This document shows, piece by piece, positions 1 through 11,830 of a stretch of 64,000 nt of DNA (position 1 is its first letter; each line of letters starts with the position of its first letter). Made by a program: the position numbers and the translations under genes. This DNA is from an uncultured Gemmatimonadales bacterium (GTDB lineage Bacteria > Gemmatimonadota > Gemmatimonadetes > Gemmatimonadales > GWC2-71-9): NCBI GenBank assembly GCA_963798915.1, contig CAWCVB010000002.1, positions 160,001-224,000 on the forward strand. Direction: 5' to 3'. The notes below the pieces were generated by a model that saw nothing but the letters and a program-made list of their open reading frames with translations, did not search any database and was not told the origin of the DNA.

Positions 1-607
1 CGATTGCCTGCGCGCGGGCGAGGAGGACATGCGCGGCCGGCCCTGGCGTGAGCGGCGGAAGCGGCTCGAGCGGCTGGTCAAGCCCAGCACGATCGTCCGC
101 CTCACCCCCGTCCTGGAGGGAACGTTCAAGACCCTGTACCGGGCAGCCTGCAAGCGCGGCTCGGAAGGACTGATCGGCAAGCACGCGAGCAGCAGGTACG
201 TGACGGGCCGCTCGAGAGAATGGGTCAAGCTCAAGTGCCTCAATGAGCAGGAATTCGTGGTGCTGGGATGGACCGATCCTAAGGGAACCCGCGAGGAATT
301 CGGGGCGCTGCTGCTGGGCTACTTCAATGAAGGCGAGCTGCAGTACGCCGGCCGTGTCGGTACCGGATTCGACGCCGAGGCGTTGCACCGGCTCAAGGCG
401 CTGCTGGCGCCGCTCAGCGCTGAGCGCCCAGCGCTGAGCGACATCTCAGCCATCAAGACCGACGACGTCCACTGGATCAAGCCGTCGCTGGTGGTGCAGG
501 TCGGGTTCAGCGAGTGGACCCCCGCCGGCATCCTGCGCCACCCTCGCTACCTCGGCATCCGGGAGGACAAGAAGGCGACCGCCGTCGTGAGGGAGCAGCC
601 GCGATAG
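1..607 (+). CDS. ligD: ATP-dependent DNA ligase (LigD ligase/OB domains), 5'-truncated by the window
   Basis: Frame is open to the window edge (DCL...); EGLIGK..YVTGRS..WVKLK ligase motifs; OB-fold tail LVVQVGFSEWT..LRHPRYLGIREDK. Confidence 0.85.
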   Translation, partial: DCLRAGEEDMRGRPWRERRKRLERLVKPSTIVRLTPVLEGTFKTLYRAACKRGSEGLIGKHASSRYVTGRSREWVKLKCLNEQEFVVLGWTDPKGTREEFGALLLGYFNEGELQYAGRVGTGFDAEALHRLKALLAPLSAERPALSDISAIKTDDVHWIKPSLVVQVGFSEWTPAGILRHPRYLGIREDKKATAVVREQPR

Positions 608-668
608 GTCGAGGGTCAAGGGTCGAGGGTGGTAGAGACTCGCCGTCTCGCCGTCTCGCCGTCTCGCC
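606..668. repeat. Short tandem repeats between convergent genes: (AGGGTCR)n then (CTCGCCGT)x~4
   Basis: Read directly from the sequence. Confidence 0.8.
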
Positions 669-1139
669 CTAGCGTCTCCCTTCCGGGCATCCTTCCTGCC
701 GGCGAGTGTCGGCCAGCGAGACGACTTTCCAGCCATCTGCGCCGTTGGCAAGAATGAAGGTGTCCACGCCGCAGTGGCTGAACTTGTCGCCCAGGAAGAA
801 GTCATACTCAGCCCAGACCGTGGCGAGCCGACCGTCAATCCGGACTTCGGGATGGTAGATGCGTTCATCCCACATGGCGGGGCTGGGCTTGCCAACGGCC
901 TGGATGAATTCCTCCGGAGTGTCATTCTCGATCAGCGGCGTTCCGTTGCGCACGCGGGCGCTGATCATGCGTGTGTCGGGCGCAAACGCCGCGCGCAGGG
1001 AAGCGCTGTCGCGCGTCCGCATGGCGTCGAAGACCTGATGGACCGTCGCCAGGACGGCCGCCGTGTCGGATGGGACCGCCTGCGCTGCCAGTGATGAGGG
1101 ACCCATGGCCAGCAGAAGGCAGAGAAGGGATGTCCGCAT
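669..1139 (-). CDS. Secreted NTF2/SnoaL-like family protein
   Basis: Signal peptide; ERIYHPEVRIDGRLATVW.EYDF..HCGVD.F.L...GWKV pattern. Confidence 0.8.
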   Translation of the reverse strand: MRTSLLCLLLAMGPSSLAAQAVPSDTAAVLATVHQVFDAMRTRDSASLRAAFAPDTRMISARVRNGTPLIENDTPEEFIQAVGKPSPAMWDERIYHPEVRIDGRLATVWAEYDFFLGDKFSHCGVDTFILANGADGWKVVSLADTRRQEGCPEGRR

Positions 1140-1306
1140 GCAGTGCTCCGGAAGAGGTATTCAGCCTATACGGTAGCCAGATCCGGCAGTTTCCGCACCG
1201 TACGCCGGGGCGGCCTGCCCGCCGGCACGGACCCGAATTGACCTTTGCCGCGCCGTGGCGTAGTCTCCTGTAACTGGCATCAAGGAATTCAGAGGCGGAC
1301 GGAGCG

Positions 1307-1678
1307 ATGGCTCGTATCCTGGTCGTTGATGACGAAGAGCTTGTGCGTCGCTTTGCCGTTCGCGTGTTGCGCGGACGGGGCCATGCCACGGTGGAAGCGG
1401 CGGATGGTCACCAGGCGCTCTCGTGCATCAGCGCCGCTGCCGCAGAGGTTGACCTGGTCCTGTCGGACATTGTCATGCCCAAGCTCAATGGCGTGGAATT
1501 GGCCGAGCGGCTGTCGGTGAGCTGGCCCGAGCTTCCGATCATCCTCATGTCCGGTTATGGGCCGGCCGAGTTGATGGCCAAGGGAATCGCGGTACCATGC
1601 GCGCTCCTGAGCAAACCCTTCCTCGCCTCGGATCTCCTCGCCGAAGTCGCCCGCTGCCTCGACGCGACGGCGGCGTAG
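1307..1678 (+). CDS. Single-domain response regulator (receiver)
   Basis: ILVVDD, LSDIVMP phosphoacceptor Asp, MSG and KPF motifs; GGAG RBS. Confidence 0.9.
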   Translation: MARILVVDDEELVRRFAVRVLRGRGHATVEAADGHQALSCISAAAAEVDLVLSDIVMPKLNGVELAERLSVSWPELPIILMSGYGPAELMAKGIAVPCALLSKPFLASDLLAEVARCLDATAA

Positions 1679-1772
1679 CCACCCGAAACCTCACCCGACG
1701 GCGCGCGTAAGGATTGAAACCCGCACCCGCGCTCACACCAGCTCCCCAACCTCATTGTCGGTAACAGATATC

Positions 1773-3347
1773 ATGCGACGCCTGCTTCCCTGGATGGCTG
1801 TTCCCGCCGCGCTTGCCGCCGGTGCGCTGATCCCCCTTGTCGCCAAGAGCCGGACGGATGGCAAGGGCGTGTTTGATGATGTCCGGTTTCGGGTTGAAAC
1901 CGGCGCAGTCGATTCGCTTTCCGCCGATGAGCTGTGGATCCGTGCCGCCCGAGGGCTGGTGAGTCAGCTCGACGACCCGTATGCGGACCTCTACTCGCCG
2001 GAACAGATTGCGAGCTTCAGCCGGAATACGCTGAGGAATGACTATGCTGGCGTGGGGATGAGCATCCAGGACCAGCTCGGAACCGTGGTCGTGACGGCCA
2101 CCTTCCCGGGGTCGCCGGCCCGCGAGGGCGGGGTGCAGCCGGGCGATCGCATTGTGCAGGTGGACAGCACGCTCACGCACGGGCTCAAGCTCGATCAGGT
2201 GTCGGACCGACTCATCGGCAAGCCCGGCACCTCGGTGGACGTGATCTTTGGACGGCCAGGCGTGTCCCAGCCAATCCGCATGCGTTTTGTCCGGGCACGC
2301 ATCCACGTTCCAGCGGTGCCCTACGCCATGATGCTCGATGGCAAGGTGGGCTATGTCCCGCTGCAGCGCTTCAGCGACTCGGCTGGCGTTGAAGTCGGTG
2401 AATCCATCTCCCGGCTCCGGCAGCAGGGGGCGAAAGGATTCGTGCTCGATCTCCGGGGCAATCCGGGGGGAAGCCTGACGCAGGCCGTCTCGGTCAGCGA
2501 GCGGTTTCTTGCACCAGGACAGCAGGTCGTCGCGGTGCGCTATCGTGATCGTGAGCCCGAGATTGGCCTCGCCGGATCGTTCGCCGGTGCCGGGGCGTTG
2601 CGTGCTGGTGAGCCGGTCATCGTGCTGGTGGACGGCAGCGCGGCCAGCGCAGCCGAGATCGTCGCCGGCGCCCTGCAGGACCATGATCGCGCCCTGGTGG
2701 TGGGAACGACATCATACGGGAAGGGCGTGGTGCAGAGTCTGTACCCGCTGCGCGACGGGTGGGCGCTCAAGCTCACCACGGCCCGGTGGTATACGCCCAG
2801 CGGGCGCAGCATCCAGCGGGATCGCCAGGTCATCAACGGCCGCTACACGCTGGTGACACCGGATTCGCTGGAGACCGACTCGGTCAGGCGGTCACGCCCG
2901 GCCTTCAAGTCGGACAAGGGCCGGGTGGTATATGGCGGCGGCGGCATCACCCCGGACGTGGTGATCCCGGCCGACACCATCTCCACGCCGGAACAGAATT
3001 TCCTGAAGGCCATCGCTCCCGAATCGCAGAAGGCGTACCGGGCATTCTATGAGGTGGCGCTGCAGATGCGGCCAAAGGTGCGTCCCGGCTTCCGCGTGAC
3101 GCCGGCGTGGCGCGACAGCGTGTTCGGCCGCATGACCCGGGACGCGGTCCCGGTGACGCGGGCACAGTTTGACAGCGCTACCGGCCTGGTGGACCGGCTC
3201 ATCAGCCAGCAGGCCGCGGTCATTGCCTTCGGCGACTCGGCGGCGTTCCGCCGCCGGATCGACGACGACGCCCAGTTGCATCGTGCGCTCGCCCTGCTGG
3301 AAACCGCGCACGACCAGGCCCAGCTGTTTGCGGTAGCGGGGGAGTAG
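1773..3347 (+). CDS. S41 family carboxyl-terminal processing protease with PDZ domain
   Basis: LDDPY, PDZ region, DLRGNPGG, SAASAAEI, YGKGVVQ, YTPSG, GGGITPD; ATG 1773 preferred over 1755. Confidence 0.92.
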   Translation: MRRLLPWMAVPAALAAGALIPLVAKSRTDGKGVFDDVRFRVETGAVDSLSADELWIRAARGLVSQLDDPYADLYSPEQIASFSRNTLRNDYAGVGMSIQDQLGTVVVTATFPGSPAREGGVQPGDRIVQVDSTLTHGLKLDQVSDRLIGKPGTSVDVIFGRPGVSQPIRMRFVRARIHVPAVPYAMMLDGKVGYVPLQRFSDSAGVEVGESISRLRQQGAKGFVLDLRGNPGGSLTQAVSVSERFLAPGQQVVAVRYRDREPEIGLAGSFAGAGALRAGEPVIVLVDGSAASAAEIVAGALQDHDRALVVGTTSYGKGVVQSLYPLRDGWALKLTTARWYTPSGRSIQRDRQVINGRYTLVTPDSLETDSVRRSRPAFKSDKGRVVYGGGGITPDVVIPADTISTPEQNFLKAIAPESQKAYRAFYEVALQMRPKVRPGFRVTPAWRDSVFGRMTRDAVPVTRAQFDSATGLVDRLISQQAAVIAFGDSAAFRRRIDDDAQLHRALALLETAHDQAQLFAVAGE

Positions 3348-3385
3348 GGGCCCGGCCTGCCGGGCCCGGCAAGCCGGGCCCCTAC
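3344..3385. repeat. GTAG-type REP palindrome between convergent genes
   Basis: GTAGGGGCCCGGC...GCCGGGCCCCTAC, a 13-bp inverted repeat. Confidence 0.75.
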
Positions 3386-3405
3386 GGCCCGTCTCGCCCG
3401 TCCTG

Positions 3406-3714
3406 TTATCTCACATGCCGGAACATCAACTCGATCAGTTCGTCATATGTGGCGTCGGCCTTGACCGGATCATCGGAGCGGATGGCCGAGGTGGCGCAGT
3501 GCTTCAGGTGATTGCGCATCAGCTCCCGGCTGACCGCGCGCAGGGCCTCGTGCACTGACGCGATCTGGGTCATGACATCGGCGCAATAGCGGTCCTCCTC
3601 CACCATCTTCTGCAGCCCGCGCACTTGGCCCTCGATGCGGCGGAGCCGGCGGATGTTCTTGTCCTTGAGGGCCGGATCCACGGCGACGGCATGGCGGGAC
3701 TGCTTCACGGGCAT
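3406..3714 (-). CDS. csoR: CsoR family copper-sensing repressor
   Basis: RLRRIEGQVRG, YCADV, HLKHC (Cys-His-Cys ligands); lies downstream of copA. Confidence 0.92.
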   Translation of the reverse strand: MPVKQSRHAVAVDPALKDKNIRRLRRIEGQVRGLQKMVEEDRYCADVMTQIASVHEALRAVSRELMRNHLKHCATSAIRSDDPVKADATYDELIELMFRHVR

Positions 3715-3745
3715 CTTCGCTCCTTCTCGGATTCATGCCGGTTCA

Positions 3746-3804
3746 GGTCGTCGGTCGTCGGTCATCACGGGCTGTTGACGACAGATGACCGAAGACTGAC
3801 GACT
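3746..3804. repeat. Inverted pair of heptamer repeats (GGTCGTC / GACCGAC-like)
   Basis: ggtcgtcggtcgtcggtc ... gatgaccgaagactgacgac. Confidence 0.65.
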
Positions 3805-3824
3805 CTCTTCGACCGTGCACCCGC

Positions 3825-6152
3825 CTAGGCCCGCCGCAAACGCAGACTGTTGGTCACCACGCTCACCGAGCTCATCGCCATCGCGGCGCTGGCAATCACC
3901 GGGCTCAGCATGATGCCAAAGGCGGGGTAGAGCACGCCGGCGGCCACCGGAATCCCCACCACGTTGTAGATGAAAGCCCAGAACAGATTCTGCTTCATGG
4001 TGCGCATGGTGCGCCGGGAGAGCCGGATCGCATCAGCGACGCCGGTGAGGTCGCCTCGCATGAGCGTCACGTCGCCGGCGTCCATTGCGATATCGGTGCC
4101 GGTGCCCATCGCGATGCCGATGTCAGCCTGAGCCAGCGCCGGCGCGTCATTGATGCCGTCGCCCACCATGGCCACGACGTGCCCCTCGGCCTGCAGGCGC
4201 TTGACTTCGGCCACCTTGCCTTCCGGCAGGACATTGGCCACGACCCGCGAAATCCCCACGTCCTGCGCGATGGCATGGCCGGTCTGCTCGTTGTCGCCCG
4301 TGAGCAGGACCAGGTCGAGTCCCAGATCGCGCAGCTGCTGCAGCGCCCGGCGACTCGTCTCCTTCACCGGGTCGGCAATGGCGACGAGGCCCGCGGCCGC
4401 TCCATCCACCGCCACCGCCACCACGGTGCGGCCGGCGCCCGCAAGACGCTCCTGGTCTGCTGCGACAGTCGTGAACGGAACGCCATGCTCGCTGAGGAGT
4501 CGGCCGCCTCCGACCATCACCTGCCTGCCGTCCACAACGCCCTGCACACCCTTGCCGGTAAACGAGACAAAGTCGGATGCCTCCGCGAGAGCAATGCCGC
4601 GACTCCGGGCGGCCTCCACAATGGCGTCTGCCAACGGGTGCTCCGAGACGCGCTCAAGGGATGCGGCGAGCCGGAGCAGCGCGGCGGCGTCCAGCGAGCC
4701 GGTGGTGACGATCTCCTGCACCGACGGGCGACCCTCGGTGACGGTGCCTGTCTTGTCCAGCACCACCGTGTCCACCATGCCGGCGCGCTCCAGGATTTCG
4801 CCGCCCTTGATCAGCACGCCCCGCTCGGCTCCCCGGCCGGTTGCCACCATGACCGCGGTCGGCACGGCGAGCCCCATGGCGCAGGGGCACGCGATGATCA
4901 GCACCGCCACGCCGGCGGCAAAGGCGCGAACCAGACCCCCTGACCCGCTGGCCATGAACCAGATCACGAAGGTGGCAATGGCAATCGAGATGACCGTCGG
5001 CACGAAGATTCCGCTGATGCGGTCCGCCAGCCGCTGAATCGGGGCGCGCGAACCCTGCGCCTCGCGCATCAGGGTGACGATGCGCGCCAGCACGCTGTCG
5101 CGTCCCAACGTCGTGGAGCGAAGCCGGAAGCTTCCGGTGCGGTTGACCGTGCCACCAATCACGCTGCTCCCCACGACCTTCTCCACCGGCATGGACTCGC
5201 CGGTGAGCATGCTTTCATCCACGGCGCTGCTTCCGCTCACGACCTCACCGTCCACCGGAATCCGCTCGCCCGGCCGCACCACGACCACGTCACTGTGGGC
5301 CAGCTCGGCGACGGGGATGTCCTGCTCCTGGCCGTTCCGGATGACGCGCGCGGTTGATGGCTGCAGGCCGGCCAGCCCGCGCAGGGCGGAGGCGGTGCGG
5401 TATTTGGCGCGCGCCTCCAGCGCGTTGCCCACCAGGATCAGGGCGATGATCAGGATCACGGCTTCGTAATACACATCGGGAGCGAGGCCGTGCGACGTGA
5501 AGATGCCAGGCGCGACGGTGGCCACGACCGAGTAGAGAAAGGCGGCGCCAGTGCCGGTGGCGATCAGCGTATTCATGTCCGCGGAATGATGGCGGAACGA
5601 GGTCCAGGCGCCCACGTAGAAATGGCGGCCGGCCCACAGCATCGTGAGCAGAGTGAGGGCAAGGAGAAGGCCGAGGAGAACGGCGGACGGTGCGTCATGG
5701 AGCCAGGGAATGGCAGCTTCGATGGGCGGGGTGACGTGCCTGGCCACCCAGGCCATGAACGGGTCCGCAGCGGCGCCGGCATGACGGGCCATGAGCGGCA
5801 TGGAAGCGACCATGGCGATGGCGCCAGCGATTCCCGCCACGATGGCCTTGCGCTTCAGTTCGCGGAACTCGGCCGCTCGGGCAGCGTCGTGTGCTTCCTG
5901 TTCTTCCTGTGCCGAGCGAGCGGTGTCGGGGAGTTCGGCGGCGTAGCCGGTGTCGTGGACCGTAGCGATGAGCGCGTCGGTGCTGGTGGCTTCGGGATCG
6001 AAGGCAACCGTCGCGCTGCCGGTCATCAGGTTGACCGAGGCGCTGGCGACGCCCGGCGTCTTCTCGAGGGCGCGCTGCACCCGCGCCTGGCAGGCGGCGC
6101 AATGCATGCCGGAGACTGAGAGCTCGATCCTGGTGGTATCGGTGGCAGTCAT
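3825..6152 (-). CDS. copA: Cu(I)-exporting P1B-type ATPase
   Basis: GMHCAAC metal-binding domain, TGES, CPC, DKTGT, EHP, GDGIND, YN and MAMSS motifs. Confidence 0.95.
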   Translation of the reverse strand: MTATDTTRIELSVSGMHCAACQARVQRALEKTPGVASASVNLMTGSATVAFDPEATSTDALIATVHDTGYAAELPDTARSAQEEQEAHDAARAAEFRELKRKAIVAGIAGAIAMVASMPLMARHAGAAADPFMAWVARHVTPPIEAAIPWLHDAPSAVLLGLLLALTLLTMLWAGRHFYVGAWTSFRHHSADMNTLIATGTGAAFLYSVVATVAPGIFTSHGLAPDVYYEAVILIIALILVGNALEARAKYRTASALRGLAGLQPSTARVIRNGQEQDIPVAELAHSDVVVVRPGERIPVDGEVVSGSSAVDESMLTGESMPVEKVVGSSVIGGTVNRTGSFRLRSTTLGRDSVLARIVTLMREAQGSRAPIQRLADRISGIFVPTVISIAIATFVIWFMASGSGGLVRAFAAGVAVLIIACPCAMGLAVPTAVMVATGRGAERGVLIKGGEILERAGMVDTVVLDKTGTVTEGRPSVQEIVTTGSLDAAALLRLAASLERVSEHPLADAIVEAARSRGIALAEASDFVSFTGKGVQGVVDGRQVMVGGGRLLSEHGVPFTTVAADQERLAGAGRTVVAVAVDGAAAGLVAIADPVKETSRRALQQLRDLGLDLVLLTGDNEQTGHAIAQDVGISRVVANVLPEGKVAEVKRLQAEGHVVAMVGDGINDAPALAQADIGIAMGTGTDIAMDAGDVTLMRGDLTGVADAIRLSRRTMRTMKQNLFWAFIYNVVGIPVAAGVLYPAFGIMLSPVIASAAMAMSSVSVVTNSLRLRRA

Positions 6153-6155
6153 CAG

Positions 6156-6542
6156 TTACTCCGCAATCAGCCGGCCGTGCAGCATGCTCATGCCGCACAT
6201 GAACGAATGCTCTCCCGGCTCGGGCGCTGGCAGGTCGATGACGGTGCGCTCATGGGCCGGCAGGAATCGGCGGATGTTGAAGTCGGGAAAGACGACCTCC
6301 TCCGAACAGCTGGCGCTTTCCTGGCGGTCAAAGGTGAGCCGCACCGGGGCGCCACTCCGGACCCGGATGGTGGAGGGCTCGTAGCCACCCCGCACCACGA
6401 TGGTGGCTTCCTGCGTGGCACCGGCGTCTCCGCCGGTGACAGCCTGGCCAGCCTGCCGCCGCGGCGCGACGAAGAAATACCAGTTGACCCAGGCGATGGC
6501 GGCGAGCCCCAGCAGGAGCACCGTCCAGTCGGCGACATTCAT
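6156..6542 (-). CDS. Membrane-anchored cupredoxin-domain copper chaperone (CupA-like)
   Basis: N-terminal TM helix; GGYEP, SCSEE and FMCGMSMLHG; first gene of the cop operon; alternative start 6548. Confidence 0.88.
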   Translation of the reverse strand: MNVADWTVLLLGLAAIAWVNWYFFVAPRRQAGQAVTGGDAGATQEATIVVRGGYEPSTIRVRSGAPVRLTFDRQESASCSEEVVFPDFNIRRFLPAHERTVIDLPAPEPGEHSFMCGMSMLHGRLIAE

Positions 6543-6548
6543 GACCAT

Positions 6549-6577
6549 AGGATACCGGGGTGTGGTATTTTTGGCAA
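6549..6577 (-). promoter_or_regulatory. Sigma70-type promoter with overlapping CsoR operator
   Basis: Minus strand TTGCCA-17 nt-TATCCT; ATACC-GGGGTGT-GGTAT inverted repeat (6552-6568) matches the TAC-G/C tract-GTA CsoR pattern. Confidence 0.8.
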
Positions 6578-6710
6578 GCCGGCTGGACGGGCGGGGGCGG
6601 CCTCCTCACGGGACTGAAAGTCCCTGCTCGGCTCGTGTCGCGCGGCCGAAAGCCGCTGCTCGGCCCATGTCGCCTGCGGCGACACTGCCTGAGACGGATC
6701 TCACAGCAGG

Positions 6711-6800
6711 TGTCATCCAGAGGCCGCACCGCGGCCGAAGGATCTACTGGTCCGGGTCCCGACGCCGGTGAGTAGATCCTTCGCTTCGCTCAGGATGACA
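6711..6800. repeat. Inverted doublet of TGTC/CGTC-type palindromic repeats
   Basis: TGTCATCC..CGAAGGATCTACT is complementary to AGTAGATCCTTCG..GGATGACA. Confidence 0.75.
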
Positions 6801-6808
6801 GATCTCGC

Positions 6809-6872
6809 GGACCGACGACCGACGACTGACGACCGACGACCGACGACCGACGACCGACGACCGACGACTGAC
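6809..6872. repeat. Heptamer tandem repeat (GACCGAC/GACTGAC) x~9
   Basis: Read directly from the sequence. Confidence 0.9.
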
Positions 6873-6951
6873 GGCCATTTGCCCGTCCCGCCGTCCTCCC
6901 GCCCTATATTTCAGCCTCCCTGCTCCCGTCCTCCCGTCAGAGGCTCACCAG

Positions 6952-7482
6952 ATGAACCGCTGGATCACTGCTCTCGTCGTCCCGATCGCCCTCGCTGGCA
7001 CCGCCTGTTCCTCTCATGACGCGGCGCCGGCAGACCGGGCCCCGGCCAGTCAGGCTACCGGTGACGACATGGCCGACGTGACCAGCTACAAGCTGTCGAT
7101 GGATAAAGTGGACAAGTTCTTCCAAGCCCAGCGCAACATGGCACTCAAGATGAAGAAGATGACTCCCGCCCAGCAGGAAGCGCTCAGTCTCGATGGCAGC
7201 GGGGGGATGGCGGGCATGGCCAAGCGGATCGAATCCAGCCCGGAGTGGGCTGCGGCCATCCGGGACGCCGGGCTGGCGCCGCGCGAGTATGTCACCCTGA
7301 CCATGAGCCTGCTGCATTCGGCCATGGCGGCTTCCATGCTCCAGATGCACCCGAATGCCAATCAGGACTCGCTGATCCAGGTGATGAACGCCAGCAAGGA
7401 CAACGTGACGTTCCTGCAGCAGCATCAGGCGGAAATCAATGCCAAACGCGCGGCGATGGAGAAGGAATTAGGAGGGTCGTAG
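6952..7482 (+). CDS. Hypothetical lipoprotein
   Basis: Lipobox-like LAGTAC after a hydrophobic stretch; GAGG RBS. Confidence 0.75.
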   Translation: MNRWITALVVPIALAGTACSSHDAAPADRAPASQATGDDMADVTSYKLSMDKVDKFFQAQRNMALKMKKMTPAQQEALSLDGSGGMAGMAKRIESSPEWAAAIRDAGLAPREYVTLTMSLLHSAMAASMLQMHPNANQDSLIQVMNASKDNVTFLQQHQAEINAKRAAMEKELGGS

Positions 7483-7558
7483 GGGCGGGTCTAAGACCCG
7501 CCCCTACGACGACCCGCCCCTACGACGACCCGCCCCTACGACGACCCGCCCCTACGAC
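7476..7558. repeat. GTAG-type REP hairpin with its right arm tandemly amplified (16 bp x4)
   Basis: GTCGTAGGGGCGGGTC-TAA-GACCCGCCCCTACGAC, followed by three more GACCCGCCCCTACGAC units. Confidence 0.85.
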
Positions 7559-7576
7559 CCTCCTGTACCCTACGCC

Positions 7577-9055
<1,479 letters not shown>

Positions 9056-9075
9056 GATGTCCTCATCACTCTGGT

Positions 9076-10011
9076 TCAGGTATCACGACGCGTGCCGGTG
9101 GCCGCAAAGAGCAGCGGGCCCCTGGCCGCCGGACTGGCGGGGAGGCGCCGCACGCGCACGCGGTCAAATCCCGCGGTATCCATCCATGCGCCGATCTGTC
9201 CGTCGGAAAAACCCTGCCATACGTGGCCCATCTGCTGACGATATTCATCCCGCTCATGCGGCACCATGTCCACCACCAGGACCTTGCCGCCCGGCTTGAG
9301 TGTACGCGCGGCCTCGGAGAGGACGCGCTCGGGATCCACGGCATGATGGAGCACCAGCATCAGGAGCGCGGCATCGAGTTCCGCCGGCTCGAGAGGCAGC
9401 GACCCAAGGTCCCCAAGACGAAGCTCCACATTGTCGAGGCCGTCCAGCCGCCGCCGGGCCGCGTGCAGCATGGCCCGGCTCTCGTCCACCGCGATGACGC
9501 GAGCCACAAAGGGCGCCAATGTCGCCGTGAGCTGGCCGGTGCCACAGCCGAGGTCGCCCACTACCCAGCGCTCGTCCAGCAGAGCGGGAAGCGCCTGCAG
9601 GTCGGCGGTGTCGCCGAACAACTCGGTGCGCATTGCGTCCCACTGGCCGGCACTGGTCGCGAAGAACGCACGGCTCCGCGCGCGCCGCTCGGCAAGGACG
9701 CCCTTGAGCCGCTCTGCATCGTGGACCACCTGCGGCGCCTCGGCCAGCCCCTCGCTCACGAGTTGCCAGAGCCGGCGCTGCTCGGCGGCCAGCGGTGAGG
9801 TCATCCGATACTGCCGGCTGGTTCCCTCGGAGCGGGCCACCACCCAGCCATCGTCGGCCAGGATCCGCAGGTGCCGGCTCACGGTACTCTGCGGAAGCTG
9901 AAGCACGGCACAGAGTTCCGAGACCGCGAGTTCGTGCTGCTCCAGTAGCAGGAGCAAGCGGGCCCGGGTCTGGTCGGAGAGCGTGGCGAGCTGGTCAAGA
10001 ACCTCGGTCAT
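9076..10011 (-). CDS. sahR: ArsR HTH-SAM methyltransferase-fold regulator (SahR)
   Basis: ArsR HTH (PQSTVSRHL) fused to a DLGCGTG methyltransferase fold; directly upstream of ahcY. Confidence 0.88.
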   Translation of the reverse strand: MTEVLDQLATLSDQTRARLLLLLEQHELAVSELCAVLQLPQSTVSRHLRILADDGWVVARSEGTSRQYRMTSPLAAEQRRLWQLVSEGLAEAPQVVHDAERLKGVLAERRARSRAFFATSAGQWDAMRTELFGDTADLQALPALLDERWVVGDLGCGTGQLTATLAPFVARVIAVDESRAMLHAARRRLDGLDNVELRLGDLGSLPLEPAELDAALLMLVLHHAVDPERVLSEAARTLKPGGKVLVVDMVPHERDEYRQQMGHVWQGFSDGQIGAWMDTAGFDRVRVRRLPASPAARGPLLFAATGTRRDT

Positions 10012-10012
10012 A

Positions 10013-10034
10013 TCAATCCGTTTAGCCGGATTGA
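10013..10034. promoter_or_regulatory. Palindromic operator, probably bound by SahR
   Basis: TCAATCCG-N6-CGGATTGA immediately upstream of the sahR ATG and downstream of a minus-strand TATATT -10 candidate. Confidence 0.75.
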
Positions 10035-10131
10035 CAAATATATAAGTGGAGGCCGATCGTGTCCATGCCCGGGGTAGCCGGGGCTTGGTCTGGTGTTCGG
10101 AGGGCGGAGCGTCGGAAGGATCTTCCTGGCG

Positions 10132-11499
10132 TCAGTCGATAGGCAGCCCGCTGGGCACCTGGCCCGGTACCACGTTCCGCAAGTGTCGGGCGGCCGGGTC
10201 GGTCAGCGCCTTCAGGAACTCGGTAACCTGATCAATGGTCTCCGCCGGGAACACCACGCCATCCAGCAGCGTGTCCCGGGTGGCAAGGATCTCGTCGGCG
10301 TTGCTGACCAGGGTGCCCTGGAGCGCGGGCTCGAGATTGCCGGGATTGAAGACATGCAGCTTCAGGTCGGATTCGCTGTAGTGGTCCACGAAGTCCCGGA
10401 GCGTGAGGTAGGCGCCGTCGTGTCCGTAGGGAGCGGTGAGTTCCACATTCCGGAGCGGCGTGGTACGAAAGGCGTACTTGTCGGCCGGGTCGTTCGTCAC
10501 CCGCATGCGGCCGAAGTCATCGTGGCCATCCGCACCATCACCCTCGCCGGGCCCGATCTGCGCCACGGCAACGTCATGAAACTTGTTGTCGGTGAACGCC
10601 GGTCCGTTGTGGCAGATGGAGCACCGCGCCGCCATGAAGTTCCGGGCACCCTGAAGCTGTACCAGGCTCAGCGCGCCGTTGTCGCCGGCGAGAAAGCGAT
10701 CCCAAGGAGAATTGCGGAAGGCCAGCTTGGCGACGAGGAACCCGGCGATGGCGTTGCTTGCGTATGCAAAATCCATGTTCTCGAAACGGGTTCCCGGATA
10801 GGCAGCTTCGAACATGCGGCGATAGGCGGGAATCGCGCCGAGGCGGGCCATGAGCCCCTGCCAGATAGCGGCCGGCTGGTCGTCGGGGATGGCGGCGAGT
10901 TCGTTGCCTGCCTGGCCCCTCATCTCTTCGCGGGAGAGCACCGGGAACATCGGCTGGGCCGAGAGGGCGCCGAATTCGAACACCTGCGTCATCGCCGGCG
11001 TCAGGGCGGCGCCGGCCGGCGTATGGACCAGACCGGCGTCGTCGCGCTGCACCCGTCCATCCCAGAACATCGGTCCGACTGCATGGAGGTTGAATGCTGC
11101 GGGAGCATTCCGCGGGATGAAGGTGCCGGTCCGACCGGGTCCCAGGCCGACTCCGTCCGCACCGATGGAAAGACTGAGCCCGTCGCCGGTGGCGAACTGC
11201 GGCAGATGGCAGCTCATGCAGGAGATATTGCGATTGCCACCCAGAATCTTGTCGAACGCGAGCGCCTGGCCGAGTTTCACGAGGGGCTGACGGACCTGCG
11301 GTGGCGCCTCGAGTGCCGTGATCCCTCGGGCAGCGGTGAGCTGGCGGACTTCCATGATCAGCGCGTTGTCGGGGCTGCCGGTCACCCCCTGCTTGAGCGC
11401 CAGGTCCGAGCTGGGGTCGGTGGCGTCTGCGCCGCAACCGGCCAGGCCCGCCAGCGTCACTGCTGCCGTCAACAGACCCCGAAGAGGGTTCCGTGTCAT
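10132..11499 (-). CDS. Di-heme cytochrome c peroxidase/MauG family lipoprotein
   Basis: CMSCH and CSICH heme motifs, RNAP, MFWDGR, FRTTPLRN, APYGHDG; lipobox LAGC. Confidence 0.9.
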   Translation of the reverse strand: MTRNPLRGLLTAAVTLAGLAGCGADATDPSSDLALKQGVTGSPDNALIMEVRQLTAARGITALEAPPQVRQPLVKLGQALAFDKILGGNRNISCMSCHLPQFATGDGLSLSIGADGVGLGPGRTGTFIPRNAPAAFNLHAVGPMFWDGRVQRDDAGLVHTPAGAALTPAMTQVFEFGALSAQPMFPVLSREEMRGQAGNELAAIPDDQPAAIWQGLMARLGAIPAYRRMFEAAYPGTRFENMDFAYASNAIAGFLVAKLAFRNSPWDRFLAGDNGALSLVQLQGARNFMAARCSICHNGPAFTDNKFHDVAVAQIGPGEGDGADGHDDFGRMRVTNDPADKYAFRTTPLRNVELTAPYGHDGAYLTLRDFVDHYSESDLKLHVFNPGNLEPALQGTLVSNADEILATRDTLLDGVVFPAETIDQVTEFLKALTDPAARHLRNVVPGQVPSGLPID

Positions 11500-11760
11500 A
11501 CCGCAATCTCCTGACAGGGAAGAACTGATCCGAAGGCGGATGGCCCGACCTCGACCTTCGCCTTATGTAAGAAAAAGGCCGAAACAGCCGGGCGTCGGGC
11601 TCATGCCAGTTCAGTGACGGGAATCCCAGCCACTTCCCCGGGCGGCCAACGACCTCTGCCTCATATTCATAGAATCGCAATCGGACCGGGAAAGACGACG
11701 TCTCACCCAGCAACACTGCTTCGGCCATCTGCAGTTTTCGCCCGTTGAGCAACGACCGGA

Positions 11761-11792
11761 AGAGCTGAAGGGACGGCGTCTTCCGCCGTCCC
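11761..11792 (-). terminator. Probable intrinsic terminator after the lipoprotein gene
   Basis: GGGACGGCG-GAAGA-CGCCGTCCC hairpin followed by TTCAGCTCT on the minus strand. Confidence 0.55.
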
Positions 11793-11830
11793 CTCGTGGC
11801 CCTCACGCAGCGATAGTGCTCTTCCGAACC

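Noticed and set aside
6768..7019. ORFs translating repeats (RRPTTDD here; also 15311-15731 and 19299-19499)
   Set aside because: Low-complexity translations of intergenic repeats with no coding signals
9056..9075. SAH/SAM riboswitch before ahcY
   Set aside because: Only 20 bp separate sahR and ahcY; the SahR operator explains regulation
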